Shown: positions 1 through 11,048, numbered from the whole stretch's first letter. The stretch: DNA of 62,690 nucleotides, filler included, from Stramenopiles sp. TOSAG23-6 (GCA_900128565.1; 8 parts of 8 records of this genome joined end to end with filler, not necessarily neighbours in it), one strand, 5' to 3'. Numbers and translations: made by a program. The notes: generated by a model from the sequence alone, not told the origin.

Positions 1-330
1 CAAGACTGTCCAGTTCCTCGGTGTAGAGATCTAAAGGATCACTTACGTCGTGTACAAACTGCGGCTGATATGCGACGTCGTAGAGGTTACCAAGAATTAC
101 AAAATAATAATAGTAGAGCGACATCAGTGTCAAGTGATCCAGGTAGTGGTGTGAATAGTGCTTCTCGTGTTGTTGTGAGAAAAGGTGGACGGTCAGTCAA
201 AGGCAATAATTGTACTGGTCAAAGTCGTGGAGGAGCTAGACGTGGTAGTACTGCTCGTCCAAACCCTAAAGGTTGTGGGCGTAGTAGAACAGCTACAGGT
301 AGAGCTCGTGCTACTACGAAGAGAAAATGA
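1..330 (+). CDS. C-terminal fragment of a CBP/p300-like TAZ2 zinc-finger protein (5' truncated by the window edge)
   Basis: Frame 1 reads QDCPVPRCRDLKDHLRRVQ..., the end of a TAZ finger. Positions 1-55 are identical to 5921-5975 of the downstream TAZ gene. Stop at 330. Confidence 0.75.
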   Translation, partial: QDCPVPRCRDLKDHLRRVQTAADMRRRRGYQELQNNNSRATSVSSDPGSGVNSASRVVVRKGGRSVKGNNCTGQSRGGARRGSTARPNPKGCGRSRTATGRARATTKRK

Positions 331-686
331 GTAAATTTGAGACTTAATTTTCCACATTTTTAACATAAAAAAAAGTAATAGTACATTCTTTTTGAAATTT
401 TGTTACATTAAAAATGGATTACTATCTACCACTATATTACAGTACCTGGTGAACTCTACTTCTTTTCAATAAATAATACTGAGAACATGAATTGAAACTA
501 CGACCAAAGAGTAAATTTAAAATTGAAATACTAAATTATTTTAAATTTTGTTGTGTTTCAATTTCAAATTTATTTGCGGTGGTCAATTGCAATCCCAATG
601 CGGTCATTTTGAAAAGCAGCGATAAGAAGGTGTCACGTAGTTAATAGTTAGTTGTATTAATAGTAACAAATTAAGGTTGCAAAACA

Positions 687-2332
687 ATGTCGTTGTTTGA
701 GAATCATTCTGCCGCCCTGGCAGCAATCTGTACAGCGGGAGTCGCAGCAGCCGCAGCTACGGTTTATTTGAAAGAGAATAATCCTGAAAGTGGTGTGCGA
801 TGCAAGAAGTTTCCAAAAGTTGAAGCTGCAACTGATACTTTGGGAATTTCGTTGAATGAAGAGCGTTTTCTCGGTCTAATGGAGAAATTGATTCCCTGCG
901 CAGAATTTGTACAAAACCATCCTCCAGATTTAGTACCACAGGAGGGTAAAGTTGTTGCAATTTTGATGGAAAAGTTATCAAAGTTTGAAAAAGAAGGAAT
1001 TCTCAAAATTGAAGAAGTGAGCTACGCGCCAGGTCGTAGTAACCTAATCATTACGTATCCAGGGACAGAACCAGATCAGATTGTTTCATTTGTGGGATCC
1101 CATCTCGATGTTGTCCCTGTCAATAAAGACGAATGGACAAAAGAACCATTCATAATGACGAGAGAGGGTGATTTGATCTACGGCAGGGGTACGACTGATT
1201 GTCTAGGACATGTTGCCGTCATTACGGATTTCTTTTGCCAACTCGCCGAAAAGCGTCCTATAATTGGCCCTTCAATAGTTGCTGTCTTTATTGCCAGTGA
1301 GGAAAACTCAAGTATTCCTGGTATTGGCGTGGATGCATTGATGAAAGATGGCCGTTTAGAACATTTGAAGAACGGATTGATTCTGCTGACTCACAGCCTT
1401 GTATGGGTACTGCTGGTGCATTAACGTGGCATTTAACAGTAGAAGGTAAAAAGTGTCACAGTGGTATGCCTAATCAAGGTATTAATCCATTAGAATTAGG
1501 TCCAGATGCATTATTTAAAATTCAGCAAGGGTTTTACAAACATTTTCCATCGCACCCGGAAGAAGTTAGATATAAGTACAATGGACCTTCGACAATGAAG
1601 CCAACTCAAATCCGTTGTCCTCCTGGTGGACTTAACCAAATTCCAAGTAAAATGACTATCAGTGGTGATATTCGATTAACACCATTCTATGATATGAATG
1701 ATGTTGTGGATAAAATACGTAAAAAAAGTAAATGAAGATATCAAGAATGAAAAGATACGTTCACATCATTCTTCTTCTCGCTATGTTTTAGAAAATGATG
1801 GAGGTATTGGAAGTGTCAGTATCGAATTGGAAGACCCAAAATCAGCTCCAATTGGTGTAGCATGTGATATTGATTCTCGTGGTTTTGCTGCTCTTTGCTC
1901 TTCAATCAAATGCGTGAAGGGTGAGTCTAAACCATGTACGTTTTCATCATTCATTTCAAATTTATTTTTTTTTCATACGAAATTTTGTACCTAAACAAAA
2001 ACGATTTTTTTTTGAGTTTTTATTTGATACGTTTTCATCATTCATTTCAAATGTTTTGTTCAAATATTTTGTTCATTTTTAACCAAATCCAATGATTTTT
2101 TGTACCTAACAATTTTCAAAATTGATATTTTTTTCGCTATGCATATTCTTTAACTGGAAGTCTTCCTCTTGTCAGAGAGATGCGTGACAATGGATTTGAT
2201 ATTCAGATTACTGGATTTGGTTTAATGCAGTATTATCATAAAGCAGATGAAGCATGTTCATTTAAAGATATGAAAGAAGCAACAAAAATTTTGTCTTTAT
2301 TCGTTTCAAAAGTTGTGGCAGATATGAAATAA
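687..2332 (+). CDS. M20-family acetylornithine deacetylase-like peptidase; one intron (1936-2144) and two apparent frameshifts (~1375, ~1725)
   Basis: Motifs GSHLDVVP, YGRGTTDCLGH, ASEEN, HSG, GDIRLTPFY. Splicing restores KPYSLTGSLPLVRE, followed by GFG..YYHKADE. Confidence 0.85.
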
Positions 2333-2422
2333 AGAAATTATACATATTTCAATTTTTACACTAAGTTTATATTTCAACAATTCAATGAAATTTGAAGTTT
2401 TATTTTTAAGAGTGTAGCTGTG

Positions 2423-3512
2423 TTACGTATCTGACGACTTACTACTATCTCTTTTTTCGATTCTCCAGGCTTTTGCGGCATCATCGTGATGCTTCTTGAT
2501 GTAAGGGTTAGGGTCGTGACCCTTCATGTCAGCGAGTGTGTGATTGACATCACGATGGTTTGTTTCATCTGCAGCAATACACCGAAGTACATCTGGCCAA
2601 AGAGCATTATCATTTAGATTATAATAAGAACATGCAATTGCAGGTGCTGGGAGGGATTTCCAAGCTGCATTGAGTTTTGTTCCAGGGGTATCAAGAGTTT
2701 CCAACATGCTAGTGTATGTTTTTTGGAAAAATATTTCAAAAAAAAAAACTAATTTTTCTGTAAAAAAAAAAATAAAACATACATGTGTCAACAGCAGTTT
2801 CTTCAAGATACCCTACAAATCGATGCAATGCTTTAGGTTTCACAATATAAGTCAAAGTGGCAACAGGTAAAGCAACAACCTGAATGCCGATTACCGCTGC
2901 TCGAACTAAACGCCCAGGTTGAAACATTTTAAGACAGATAAGAAGGTGCATACGTTCATTCTCTGCCTCTTCCAGTAAAGTATGTATCCAGCCGTGATCT
3001 CTTTCAAGTGTGCGGAGAGACTTAAAATGTCGAACGGAGCCGGCAACCATTCCTGGGACGCCTGCAATGGACTCGAGAATAATCAATCGGTACTCGCATG
3101 AACTTGGCGAAGGGTCTTTTCTGCTATATCCAGTTAAAAAGTTGAAACCATGATATGCAAATCGTACGGTGAACCTTAAGAAGTTGTCCACAAAACCCTT
3201 CGGTTTATGCTTTGGTGTATCACTTAGGACATTATCAAGCTCTTCATCAGTCCAAACATGATTTTGTGTAGGATTCTTCCATTCAGGTTCTCCATCTTTA
3301 CCAAGTTCTTTTATCTCTCTTCTCTCTAAATTCAGCGGATGTTTTCTGTTAGATAAACGGAAGTGATGAGGTTGATTCTCATCACTGGTGGAGTCTTCCA
3401 TATCGCGCGACTCTTTTTTCCCCACATAATTACTAAAACTGGGCATAGCAGTAGAGGATCTAAACAATACAGATCGTCGTAAAGCGACGCGGCGCATTAA
3501 GATGGAGAGCAT
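2423..3512 (-). CDS. AOX: Mitochondrial alternative oxidase; one intron (2716-2782)
   Basis: LESIAGVPGMVAG, LLEEAENERMHL, HRFVGYLEETAVDT|YT, IAADETNHRDVNH di-iron motifs; N-terminal transit-like peptide. Confidence 0.95.
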
Positions 3513-3733
3513 TGGTGCTTAGATTCTTATATTTTAACCGTACGTAGTTTTTCCTACTTCTCAAGAAGTTCCAAAGAAAATCTCGAAAATCTCCGTATAT
3601 CTTAAGGGAATCTTATTGGGACAAACCTGTTTAGGAAAGAGTCAGCGCCGGGAGAGAGATTACCGGTTCCTGAGTCAGGAACCCATGATACCATTTCTAC
3701 ATTATTCTATTTGATTAATCTTTGTCAACAAAA

Positions 3734-6103
3734 ATGCAGCAGTGCCAGGATCAGCGACGATTGCAGGCGCCACAACAACAGCAACAGAGACATACAAGTC
3801 GTACTTCAGTACTATGGCAGAGTTCAAAGGATAAAACTGAACGAGTCTGGGTGGTAAACCGAATCAACAGTTTATTGAGAGCAAAGAAACCAGACGCTCT
3901 GAAAGAATTGCTTAAAAAGTTACCAGATATGGCTCGCCGTCTTGAAGATCTTTTATACCATTCTGCGCAAAGCAAAGAAGAGTATATTAATTTTGAAACC
4001 CTGGAGCAAAGACTTCAAGAAGTAGCGATAAAAATGGGGGCTCATGTTAGTCAGAAAAAAGGTAGAACTTCATCTATTGGAAATCATTCTCATCGTAATT
4101 CTTTAGTTGGTGGTGTCGTAGATGTCGCTCATGCTAATTCACATCAATATAATCAGGAACATAAGCATTCCGATTCTTCTAATGGTAGTTCTGGATCATC
4201 AGGTGGTACAAAGTTTGTTAATTTGAATGAAGTTAATCCTAATCTTGCAAATAGTTGTTCCAGTGGAAGCCATGGAAGTGCTTCTAGAAAAAGAGCTCTA
4301 GATAGTAAATCAAAGTCTAGTGATTCATCTGCGAAACGACCTATAAAAAAAGCATCCTGTAAAATGTTTGATTCTAGCGTACTTCTGGGTGACTTGAATG
4401 ATCTTTTTGCACCCTCTCAAGCATGTGTAAATAAAAAAGATATACAGGAGAAACATGCACATAAGATAAGGCAACAACAACAACGGCTATTGTTACTTCG
4501 TCATGCTAGCAAGTGTTGCAATGGACCAGATTGTCAAGCCACTTCACTTTGTTCACAAATGAAGAAACTTTGGGCACATATTGCCAAATGTAAGGATCAA
4601 AATTGTACAGTTTCACATTGTGTATCTTCTAGGTATATTTTATCTCATTATAAGCAGTGCAAAGATAGACAATGTCAGGTTTGTGGACCGGTTCGTCATG
4701 CTATTTCTAATCAACATGATGGTGCGAAGCAGAAACTAACTTCTTCTACTTTCCTTCATAATTTAGATGTTAAAAATCTTAAAACACCTGAAGCCTCATT
4801 TACCTGGAAAAATCACAATTCTTCTGAGTATCAAAAAATAATACAAAATTTATCTAAATGTGTTAAAGGACAAAATTTATCTAAATGTGTTCAAGGGACT
4901 GATTTCTCTATCCCAAGTAGTAGCAATTTATTAAAACAATCTCGTCAAGAGTCGGGCAACTTTTTCCCAGTGCTGATTGGTGGTGATTCTGCTAAAACAG
5001 CGACCACTGCCATCGAAGCATACCTCGATAGTGGAGCTACCCACACATTTATAAATGAACCTGCGGTCGAACAAATTTTGAAATATCAAGACCCAAATAA
5101 TCCTGCACTAATACTACATGACCCCCCAGAGAAAAAATCTTGTCGCCTCAGTGCTGATGGAAGCTTAGGTACTCCAATTAAAAAAATTGGAATCCTCCAT
5201 GCTCGTTGCTTATGGCAGGAAGGTCACTTCCTTATGTTACATCAACGGGTAGTAGTGATTCCAGGAAAAACTCCGATTATTGTCCTTGGTCAAGATGCCC
5301 AACGAAGTTGGGGAATCCCTTGCCCTGGCGCACAACTAGCGAAAATAATCAATGATAAAGTTAATGGTCCATCTGATACTTGTACTAGGGAACATGAATT
5401 AAAATCGATGTTACCAAAAACTAAGCAAAATTCCACAACTACTGTAAATACTCATGGGGCAGAGACAACTACTTTGAAAAAAGTACGATTTAAAAATATC
5501 TCATCGAAGAGTGTAAGTCCTCATGGGGCAGTAACCAATGATGAAAATTCAAACCTAAAATACAATGACGGCGTCACAATGTTTGGTGAGTGCCTTCCCA
5601 ATACTCACTCAAGCATCAATATGGCGGAAAAAAACTCTGCAGCTGATGCGGCAAAATACATATATCAATCTAAATATTCTAAACAAAAAATTAGAATAAT
5701 TTCAACACAAAAAGCTAGACAACGGGCTATTCATTTACACATGAAACTTCTAGTACATGCAAGTGGTTGTCGTAACTCTGATTGTGGTTCCTCTAATTGT
5801 ACTAAGATGAAGTCATTTCTGAAACATGGTGCATCATGTAAAGTTAGAGCCACTGGTGGTTGTAATAGATGTCGTCGTATATGGGCATTATTGCAAATTC
5901 ATGCAAGGCAATGTAAAACACAAGACTGTCCAGTTCCTCGGTGTAGAGATCTAAAGGATCACTTACGTCGTGTACGTAGAGGTCACCAACAATTACAAAA
6001 TAATAATAGTAGAGCGACATCAGTGTCACAAAAGATTGTACCGCTAATTACTTCTATCATGCCTGGATCTCTTGCGATGTATGCAAAAGCAGCGTATCAC
6101 TAA
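3734..6103 (+). CDS. CBP/p300-like protein with KIX-like N-terminus, TAZ1 and TAZ2, and a retropepsin-like segment where the HAT core would be
   Basis: ARRLEDLLYHSAQSKEEY (KIX-like), QQRLLLLRHASKC...C...HC (TAZ1), AYLDSGATHTFI (aspartic protease motif), LLVHASGC...C..MK...H...C (TAZ2). Intronless ORF. Confidence 0.8.
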   Translation: MQQCQDQRRLQAPQQQQQRHTSRTSVLWQSSKDKTERVWVVNRINSLLRAKKPDALKELLKKLPDMARRLEDLLYHSAQSKEEYINFETLEQRLQEVAIKMGAHVSQKKGRTSSIGNHSHRNSLVGGVVDVAHANSHQYNQEHKHSDSSNGSSGSSGGTKFVNLNEVNPNLANSCSSGSHGSASRKRALDSKSKSSDSSAKRPIKKASCKMFDSSVLLGDLNDLFAPSQACVNKKDIQEKHAHKIRQQQQRLLLLRHASKCCNGPDCQATSLCSQMKKLWAHIAKCKDQNCTVSHCVSSRYILSHYKQCKDRQCQVCGPVRHAISNQHDGAKQKLTSSTFLHNLDVKNLKTPEASFTWKNHNSSEYQKIIQNLSKCVKGQNLSKCVQGTDFSIPSSSNLLKQSRQESGNFFPVLIGGDSAKTATTAIEAYLDSGATHTFINEPAVEQILKYQDPNNPALILHDPPEKKSCRLSADGSLGTPIKKIGILHARCLWQEGHFLMLHQRVVVIPGKTPIIVLGQDAQRSWGIPCPGAQLAKIINDKVNGPSDTCTREHELKSMLPKTKQNSTTTVNTHGAETTTLKKVRFKNISSKSVSPHGAVTNDENSNLKYNDGVTMFGECLPNTHSSINMAEKNSAADAAKYIYQSKYSKQKIRIISTQKARQRAIHLHMKLLVHASGCRNSDCGSSNCTKMKSFLKHGASCKVRATGGCNRCRRIWALLQIHARQCKTQDCPVPRCRDLKDHLRRVRRGHQQLQNNNSRATSVSQKIVPLITSIMPGSLAMYAKAAYH

Positions 6104-6279
6104 TACGGGGTTAGTCATAGAGTTTAGGTAAAAGTATAATAATAAAAGAATAGTTGTGGTTATTATTTTATATTTAGAAGAAAAATATCCAAATTAAATA
6201 CAATTAGTACGAATATTGTTACATTTTAAAAGCATAGTATATCTGACAACAAAAGCAGGGACTAGATCTAGTAGAATCG

Positions 6280-8514
6280 CTACTTCATCTTTTTCCTCTT
6301 TTGTGCCTTCACTAATCGTAGAATTGCTGCATCTGCTTTTTTCACTGATTTTCTTCTGAAAAAAAGTTGTATTTTCTCTTTTTGTCGCTTAGAAATTAGT
6401 TTCAGCTTATACGATGAGCTTTTATCTATTCTTTTTTCAGGTGTTATTTTTTGAGAAACAACACTTGTACCATTGCATTTTCTATTGATTTTATAGTTAT
6501 GATTATTTTTATCCATGATACTGTTACGCAATCTCTTAGAAGAGCCGAGAGTAATTCCTATTTTCATTAATTCTTCCTCGGTGACTTCTTTCAATAAATC
6601 AACATTTATATCATTTTTTACTAATATTTGAAATACTTTATGTGGAATTAAATTGCTTCTTATGAATTTGTCTAATACTACGATTTCATCGATATTCATA
6701 CCCTTGCTGCCCCATTCCTGAAGTAGTTTTTGCCGGTTGGCTCTATCTTTTAACTTAGAAAGTGTTTTACGACAAAAGTAACATCGTACTAATAACTGTA
6801 TAGTAGTTGCAGCCTTATTTAGCTGCGCTTTATATTGTTGTTTCGCTCTTCTAGCTCTTCTAGCTAAAAATATACGAGAATTTCGCTGAACAATGATAGA
6901 GGCAGCGTCTTGCACTTTTGCTCTTCTAAGTAAAAATGTACGAGAATTTCGCTGAACAATGACAGATGCAGCCTCTTGTATTTTTCTTTCTTTGCGCAAT
7001 TTTTGAACTACTCCAACACTTTTCTTGGATCGAAATGTACATTGTAAAATTATAGCTGCCCTATCCAACCTTTCTTTATCCTTTAATAAACGATTTTGAA
7101 GTTTTTCTATCGCTTTTCCGCGGCGCTCTCGCTCGGAACGTAACGAAATTCGAATCAAGCGATCTGAAGGCTTTTTAAACTTTAATAAAGTTTGACTAAT
7201 CTCAGTTAAACGTCTTTGGTGTACTTTTATAACCGCTAAAGTTATACATCGACGCACAAGCCAACCACGACATATACTTTGTACTTTCAGTGCTACCTTT
7301 TGTTTCTTTTTTATATTTTGTCGGACATGTATGCTACGTTGTTGAGCTTGTAAACACTTTGCTGCATTTTCATTCCTTTTCATATTTTGACGGACCCGTC
7401 TGCCACGCTGCTGGGCTTGTAAACACTTTGCTGCATTTTGATTTCTTTTCATATTTTGACGGACCCGTCTACCACGTTGCTGAGCTTGTAAATACCTTGC
7501 TGTATTTTGATTTCTTTTCATATTTTGACGAACACATCTGCCACGTTGCTGAGCTTGTAAATACATTGCTGCATTTTGATTCCTTTTTATATTTCGACGA
7601 ACACATCTGCCACGTTGTTGAGCTTGTAAGCGTCTCGCAGCATAATTATTTTGAGCATGTTTTTTTCTATATGCTCTGACAACTTCGAGAGGTCTCAGGG
7701 GAACGTCACAAAATTTATCACTTAAATCTTCAAACTCGTGCATAGTGTTATCAAGATGAGCAGGAAATGTAAAGAAGCATGAATAACAAAAGAATAAATT
7801 GCAGGCTATACACTTTACTTGAATCCTGGAATCATTGCAGTTCTGACAGACCCAATACTGTTTACATTTTCGTCTGAAATAAGTTCGAAACTGATGTTGT
7901 ATTAATATAACACTACTGTGTTTTTTAAACATTTTCTTCTCAGTTAGCCATCTACGGGGTAACCGTTGAATCTTTTTTATTGCGTCACGGAGTATCTGAG
8001 TGTGTTTTCTCGCAAGATATCCTCGATATATTCTTTGAATATGAATTGAACCAAGGAGGCTTTTCAATCGATTAAACTCCTTTGCTAATTTTTGTGGATG
8101 GAATTTTTTATCAGTACCTACCTTTGATGGTTTTTGGTAAGAACTGTTCATTTGTAATTGGTATCTTCTAGAAGAAAACATTCTATTCCGTTCACGTCGT
8201 GTTTTCCTACCTCTGGTCGTTTCTTTCTCTGATTGATCTGCTTGACCATTTTTGGGACTCCTTCTTTTGAGACTACTTTTGAGATTGTTATTACTTATTG
8301 TCATACGACTTCTATAAGATTCATGTTTATTTCGTCGTAGCATATCTTTGCGCCGAGAAATTCCTATACTATTGCGATGCGGAATTGCTGCTTCTGCTTC
8401 TTCAATTTCACATTTAGCTTTCTTTTCAGCAGCAAGCCGTTCCATTTTTTCTATGCCGGACTTAAGCCTCCTATTATAAGCCACACTACGCACGTTTTTA
8501 GAACCATAGTGCAT
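6280..8514 (-). CDS. IQ-motif repeat protein with B-box-like zinc finger and C-terminal SAM-like domain
   Basis: Many IQ/LQxxxRGxxxR motifs, CQNC..CIAC..CYSC..H..H, and LVKNDINVDLLKEVTEEELMKIGITLG (SAM-like). Confidence 0.75.
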   Translation of the reverse strand: MHYGSKNVRSVAYNRRLKSGIEKMERLAAEKKAKCEIEEAEAAIPHRNSIGISRRKDMLRRNKHESYRSRMTISNNNLKSSLKRRSPKNGQADQSEKETTRGRKTRRERNRMFSSRRYQLQMNSSYQKPSKVGTDKKFHPQKLAKEFNRLKSLLGSIHIQRIYRGYLARKHTQILRDAIKKIQRLPRRWLTEKKMFKKHSSVILIQHQFRTYFRRKCKQYWVCQNCNDSRIQVKCIACNLFFCYSCFFTFPAHLDNTMHEFEDLSDKFCDVPLRPLEVVRAYRKKHAQNNYAARRLQAQQRGRCVRRNIKRNQNAAMYLQAQQRGRCVRQNMKRNQNTARYLQAQQRGRRVRQNMKRNQNAAKCLQAQQRGRRVRQNMKRNENAAKCLQAQQRSIHVRQNIKKKQKVALKVQSICRGWLVRRCITLAVIKVHQRRLTEISQTLLKFKKPSDRLIRISLRSERERRGKAIEKLQNRLLKDKERLDRAAIILQCTFRSKKSVGVVQKLRKERKIQEAASVIVQRNSRTFLLRRAKVQDAASIIVQRNSRIFLARRARRAKQQYKAQLNKAATTIQLLVRCYFCRKTLSKLKDRANRQKLLQEWGSKGMNIDEIVVLDKFIRSNLIPHKVFQILVKNDINVDLLKEVTEEELMKIGITLGSSKRLRNSIMDKNNHNYKINRKCNGTSVVSQKITPEKRIDKSSSYKLKLISKRQKEKIQLFFRRKSVKKADAAILRLVKAQKRKKMK
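7325..7630 (-). repeat. Coding tandem repeat of about 69 nt (23-aa IQ units)
   Basis: Repeated ccacgttgctgagcttgtaaa...ctgcattttga units encoding LQAQQRGRxVRQNMKRNQNAA. Confidence 0.85.
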
Positions 8515-8853
8515 TATATTCTTCGTACACTAAGACTAGTTACAAAACATTGTTCATTATCATAATAGAGACTGTAGCGGTTTTCTTCTTTCTCAAAGGT
8601 ACCACTAGATATTGTATATAGCTAGCAAGTAGTAAACAGCTACTAGTAGTTGTATACACGTAGAGAAAAACAGACCGTTTTTCAGCCGTTTTTTTTCTTT
8701 TTTTTTTTCGTAACGGCTACATGCAAAACGAGACCTTTTAATGTGAACAGCAAGCATACCGTATAGAAGAGTGACAACAAAGGGAGTTTGATAACTTCTT
8801 GGTCAGAAAAACGTATAATCAATAGCGATTCCAACGTAACATAAACGCAACTA

Positions 8854-9519
8854 ATGGCTTCTCCAGCAACAACTGTACCGCCGCCAGTAACTGTACCACC
8901 ACCAGCAACCAATGCCAAAGTAACTGCACCACCACCCGTAACGACAACAGCCGCTGATATACTTCAAACCACACCTCAAAATAGAGCAAGTACAGAGAAA
9001 ACTAGTCAAACATTAATTGAGAAAAAAAGTAACTCTACATTAATACCGAAAAGTAAAGCTAATTTTGATGAGGCAACAATGAAGTCATTTCGGGCGTGTT
9101 TTACGGCATTTGACAAGAGTGGAACTGGGAATGTGACGTCCGATGGGCTATTATCAGCTTTGCAGGCATTGCATCCAAACAAAACTGTTACCCATAGTGA
9201 AGTTTTAGGTATAATGAACACAATTGATAAGAACCATAACGGGACGATTGATTTTGACGAGTTCGTTGGTTTTATTGGTTCAAAAATGGTTAGCCTAGAT
9301 TCAGCTCAATATGTGGATTTGATTTTTGAGGACTTTGATTTAGACCAAGATGGGTTAATTGATGTTCATGATTTAATGACATTATATGTAAAAGAAATAG
9401 GCGTCAACGACATAAGCAAAGCAGAATGTGGATCATTTATGAAGCTATTTGCAAAGAATGGCGTATCAATGACAAAAGCTGAGTTTAATAAGTGGATGAA
9501 TAGTAATATTAGCGTATAA
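8854..9519 (+). CDS. Calmodulin-like EF-hand protein with Pro/Thr-rich N-terminal extension
   Basis: EF loops DKSGTGNVT, DKNHNGTIDFDEF and DLDQDGLIDVHDL. Confidence 0.85.
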   Translation: MASPATTVPPPVTVPPPATNAKVTAPPPVTTTAADILQTTPQNRASTEKTSQTLIEKKSNSTLIPKSKANFDEATMKSFRACFTAFDKSGTGNVTSDGLLSALQALHPNKTVTHSEVLGIMNTIDKNHNGTIDFDEFVGFIGSKMVSLDSAQYVDLIFEDFDLDQDGLIDVHDLMTLYVKEIGVNDISKAECGSFMKLFAKNGVSMTKAEFNKWMNSNISV

Positions 9520-9629
9520 TTTACTATCATTACAGAAGAATAAATAATAGTAGCGATGATGTATTTTAAAATAAAACCATGAATAAAAATAGATAGTTTC
9601 TTTTATTATAATGGCTAATCGGTATATAT

Positions 9630-9928
9630 CTATAAAAATCTATTTCGTACACGTGCTCGTCTAGTAGTTTGAAAAGAAGGTGTCTTTGGTTTTGTGAGAG
9701 TTCTACGTTTCCTTCGTCTATTCTTTGTTTTCCCTTTTTTATGGATTTCATGGTATTTCTGTGCTCGTCGTCGTATGACGTCCAAAGCTTGCCTTTCAAG
9801 AAAACTGCTAGCAGCTTTTGTAGTATTGACTCTCTTGGATTCTTTATGAGACCCTCCCTCCTCATTTTCAAGAAGAGTGTTGTCTCTCTCTTTGATTCTC
9901 TTAAGATCTTCTTCCATTTTTATTCGCC
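9630..9928 (-). CDS. C-terminal fragment of a basic hypothetical protein (contig-truncated)
   Basis: Open Lys/Arg-rich frame running from the gap; no recognisable domain; the coding frame is uncertain. Confidence 0.3.
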
Positions 9929-10028
9929 NNNNNNNNNNNNNNNNNNNNNNNNNNNNNNNNNNNNNNNNNNNNTTAATTAATTAANNNNNNNNNNNNNNNN
10001 NNNNNNNNNNNNNNNNNNNNNNNNNNNN
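9929..10028. other. Artificial contig linker (N-TTAATTAATTAA-N); also at 19935-20034, 29910-30009, 39884-39983, 49833-49932, 59753-59852 and 61222-61321
   Basis: Identical 100-nt N/TTAATTAATTAA/N spacers. Contig lengths never increase (9928, 9906, 9875, 9874, 9849, 9820, 1369, 1369), consistent with size-sorted unlinked contigs. Confidence 0.95.
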
Positions 10029-10081
10029 TTGTACCTAACAAATTTAAGTTTTTTTTTTTGAAATATTTTTCCAAAATACAT

Positions 10082-11048
10082 ATTTTGACTATTGAATATA
10101 AAGGTCAGACGTTCACTGGTTCTTTATCAACTTCTGGAGAAATTACTGATGATATTACAAAAGAAAAATTTCGAACCCCTTCAGGTTGGGCAATCACTGC
10201 AAAGCGGAGATTATGTACGTTTTAGATTTTTTTCGTACGAAATTTCGTACCTAACAAATTTAAGTTTTTTTTTTTGAAATTTTTTTTTTCAATGAATTTC
10301 TAATTTAATTTATTTTTCATACGAAATATTGTACCTAACGATTTTTTTTAGATTTTTTTTGAAATATTTTTTCATAATCCATGTCCAACAAAGAAAGCTG
10401 ATGCTGGATGGTCCAGTGTAAAATATAAAGGTAGACCACTTGGCTTATTAAAAAGAAAATTTTTCAAAACGTTTCCAAATTATATGAAATCTGTTGATAC
10501 ATCATCAAAAAATGAACAACGAAAGAAAAAACAGGCGAAAGCAGTCGTTGTATCGAAAGATTCCTCTGTTGCAAAATTCATCACTTCAATACAAACATTT
10601 CAAAAAAAATACGAAAATGACTTCAAAAATTCGAATTCTGTATCAAAAAAAACAAAATCAGTCTGAAAAAAAAGTTTCTACTGGTACAAATTCTACTCTG
10701 ATGCGTAATCTAAATAATGGAAGAAGACGCGGAAGAAAACGAAAACCAAATTTTTTATTCAAAAAACCTAATCTTTCCACTTCTCCATTGTATAAAACTC
10801 GATCTCATAAAAGACGCAAAATATCGAATGATACTTCAATACAAAATAATGACGAAACCCGAACGTCACCCGGTAACCCTCAAAACGAATCAGTTGAATC
10901 AGCACTATTAGCAATGGCACATGCAGTAGAAGGCATTATCTCCTTATCCGAACATTCAAGCAGTAGCGATTCTCAAGAAAGACAAGAAAAAGTTGAGGTT
11001 TTATCTAAAGGTAGTAAACCATTTGTACATCGACTTCTTAGACTATAA
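10082..11048 (+). CDS. RAMA-domain protein fragment (5' truncated); intron 10215-10382; possible frameshift near 10650
   Basis: Spliced frame ILTIEYKGQTFTGSLSTSGEI...FRTPSGWAITAKRRL|CPTKKADAGWSSVKYKGRPL resembles the RAMA domain of MPND-type proteins. Confidence 0.7.

Noticed and set aside
1370-1735. Frameshifts in the M20 gene as programmed frameshifting or a pseudogene
   Set aside because: One lies in an A7 run and the other looks like a short missing segment. Catalytic motifs are intact, so assembly error is more likely; it cannot be settled without reads.
1936-2144. Alternative genetic code or stop readthrough as the reason for broken ORFs
   Set aside because: Removing the introns gives clean standard-code frames, and TAA, TAG and TGA all serve as terminal stops.
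9929-10028. Periodic TTAATTAATTAA within N runs about every 10 kb
   Set aside because: Artificial contig linker with stops in all frames; not biological. Gene order across it is meaningless.
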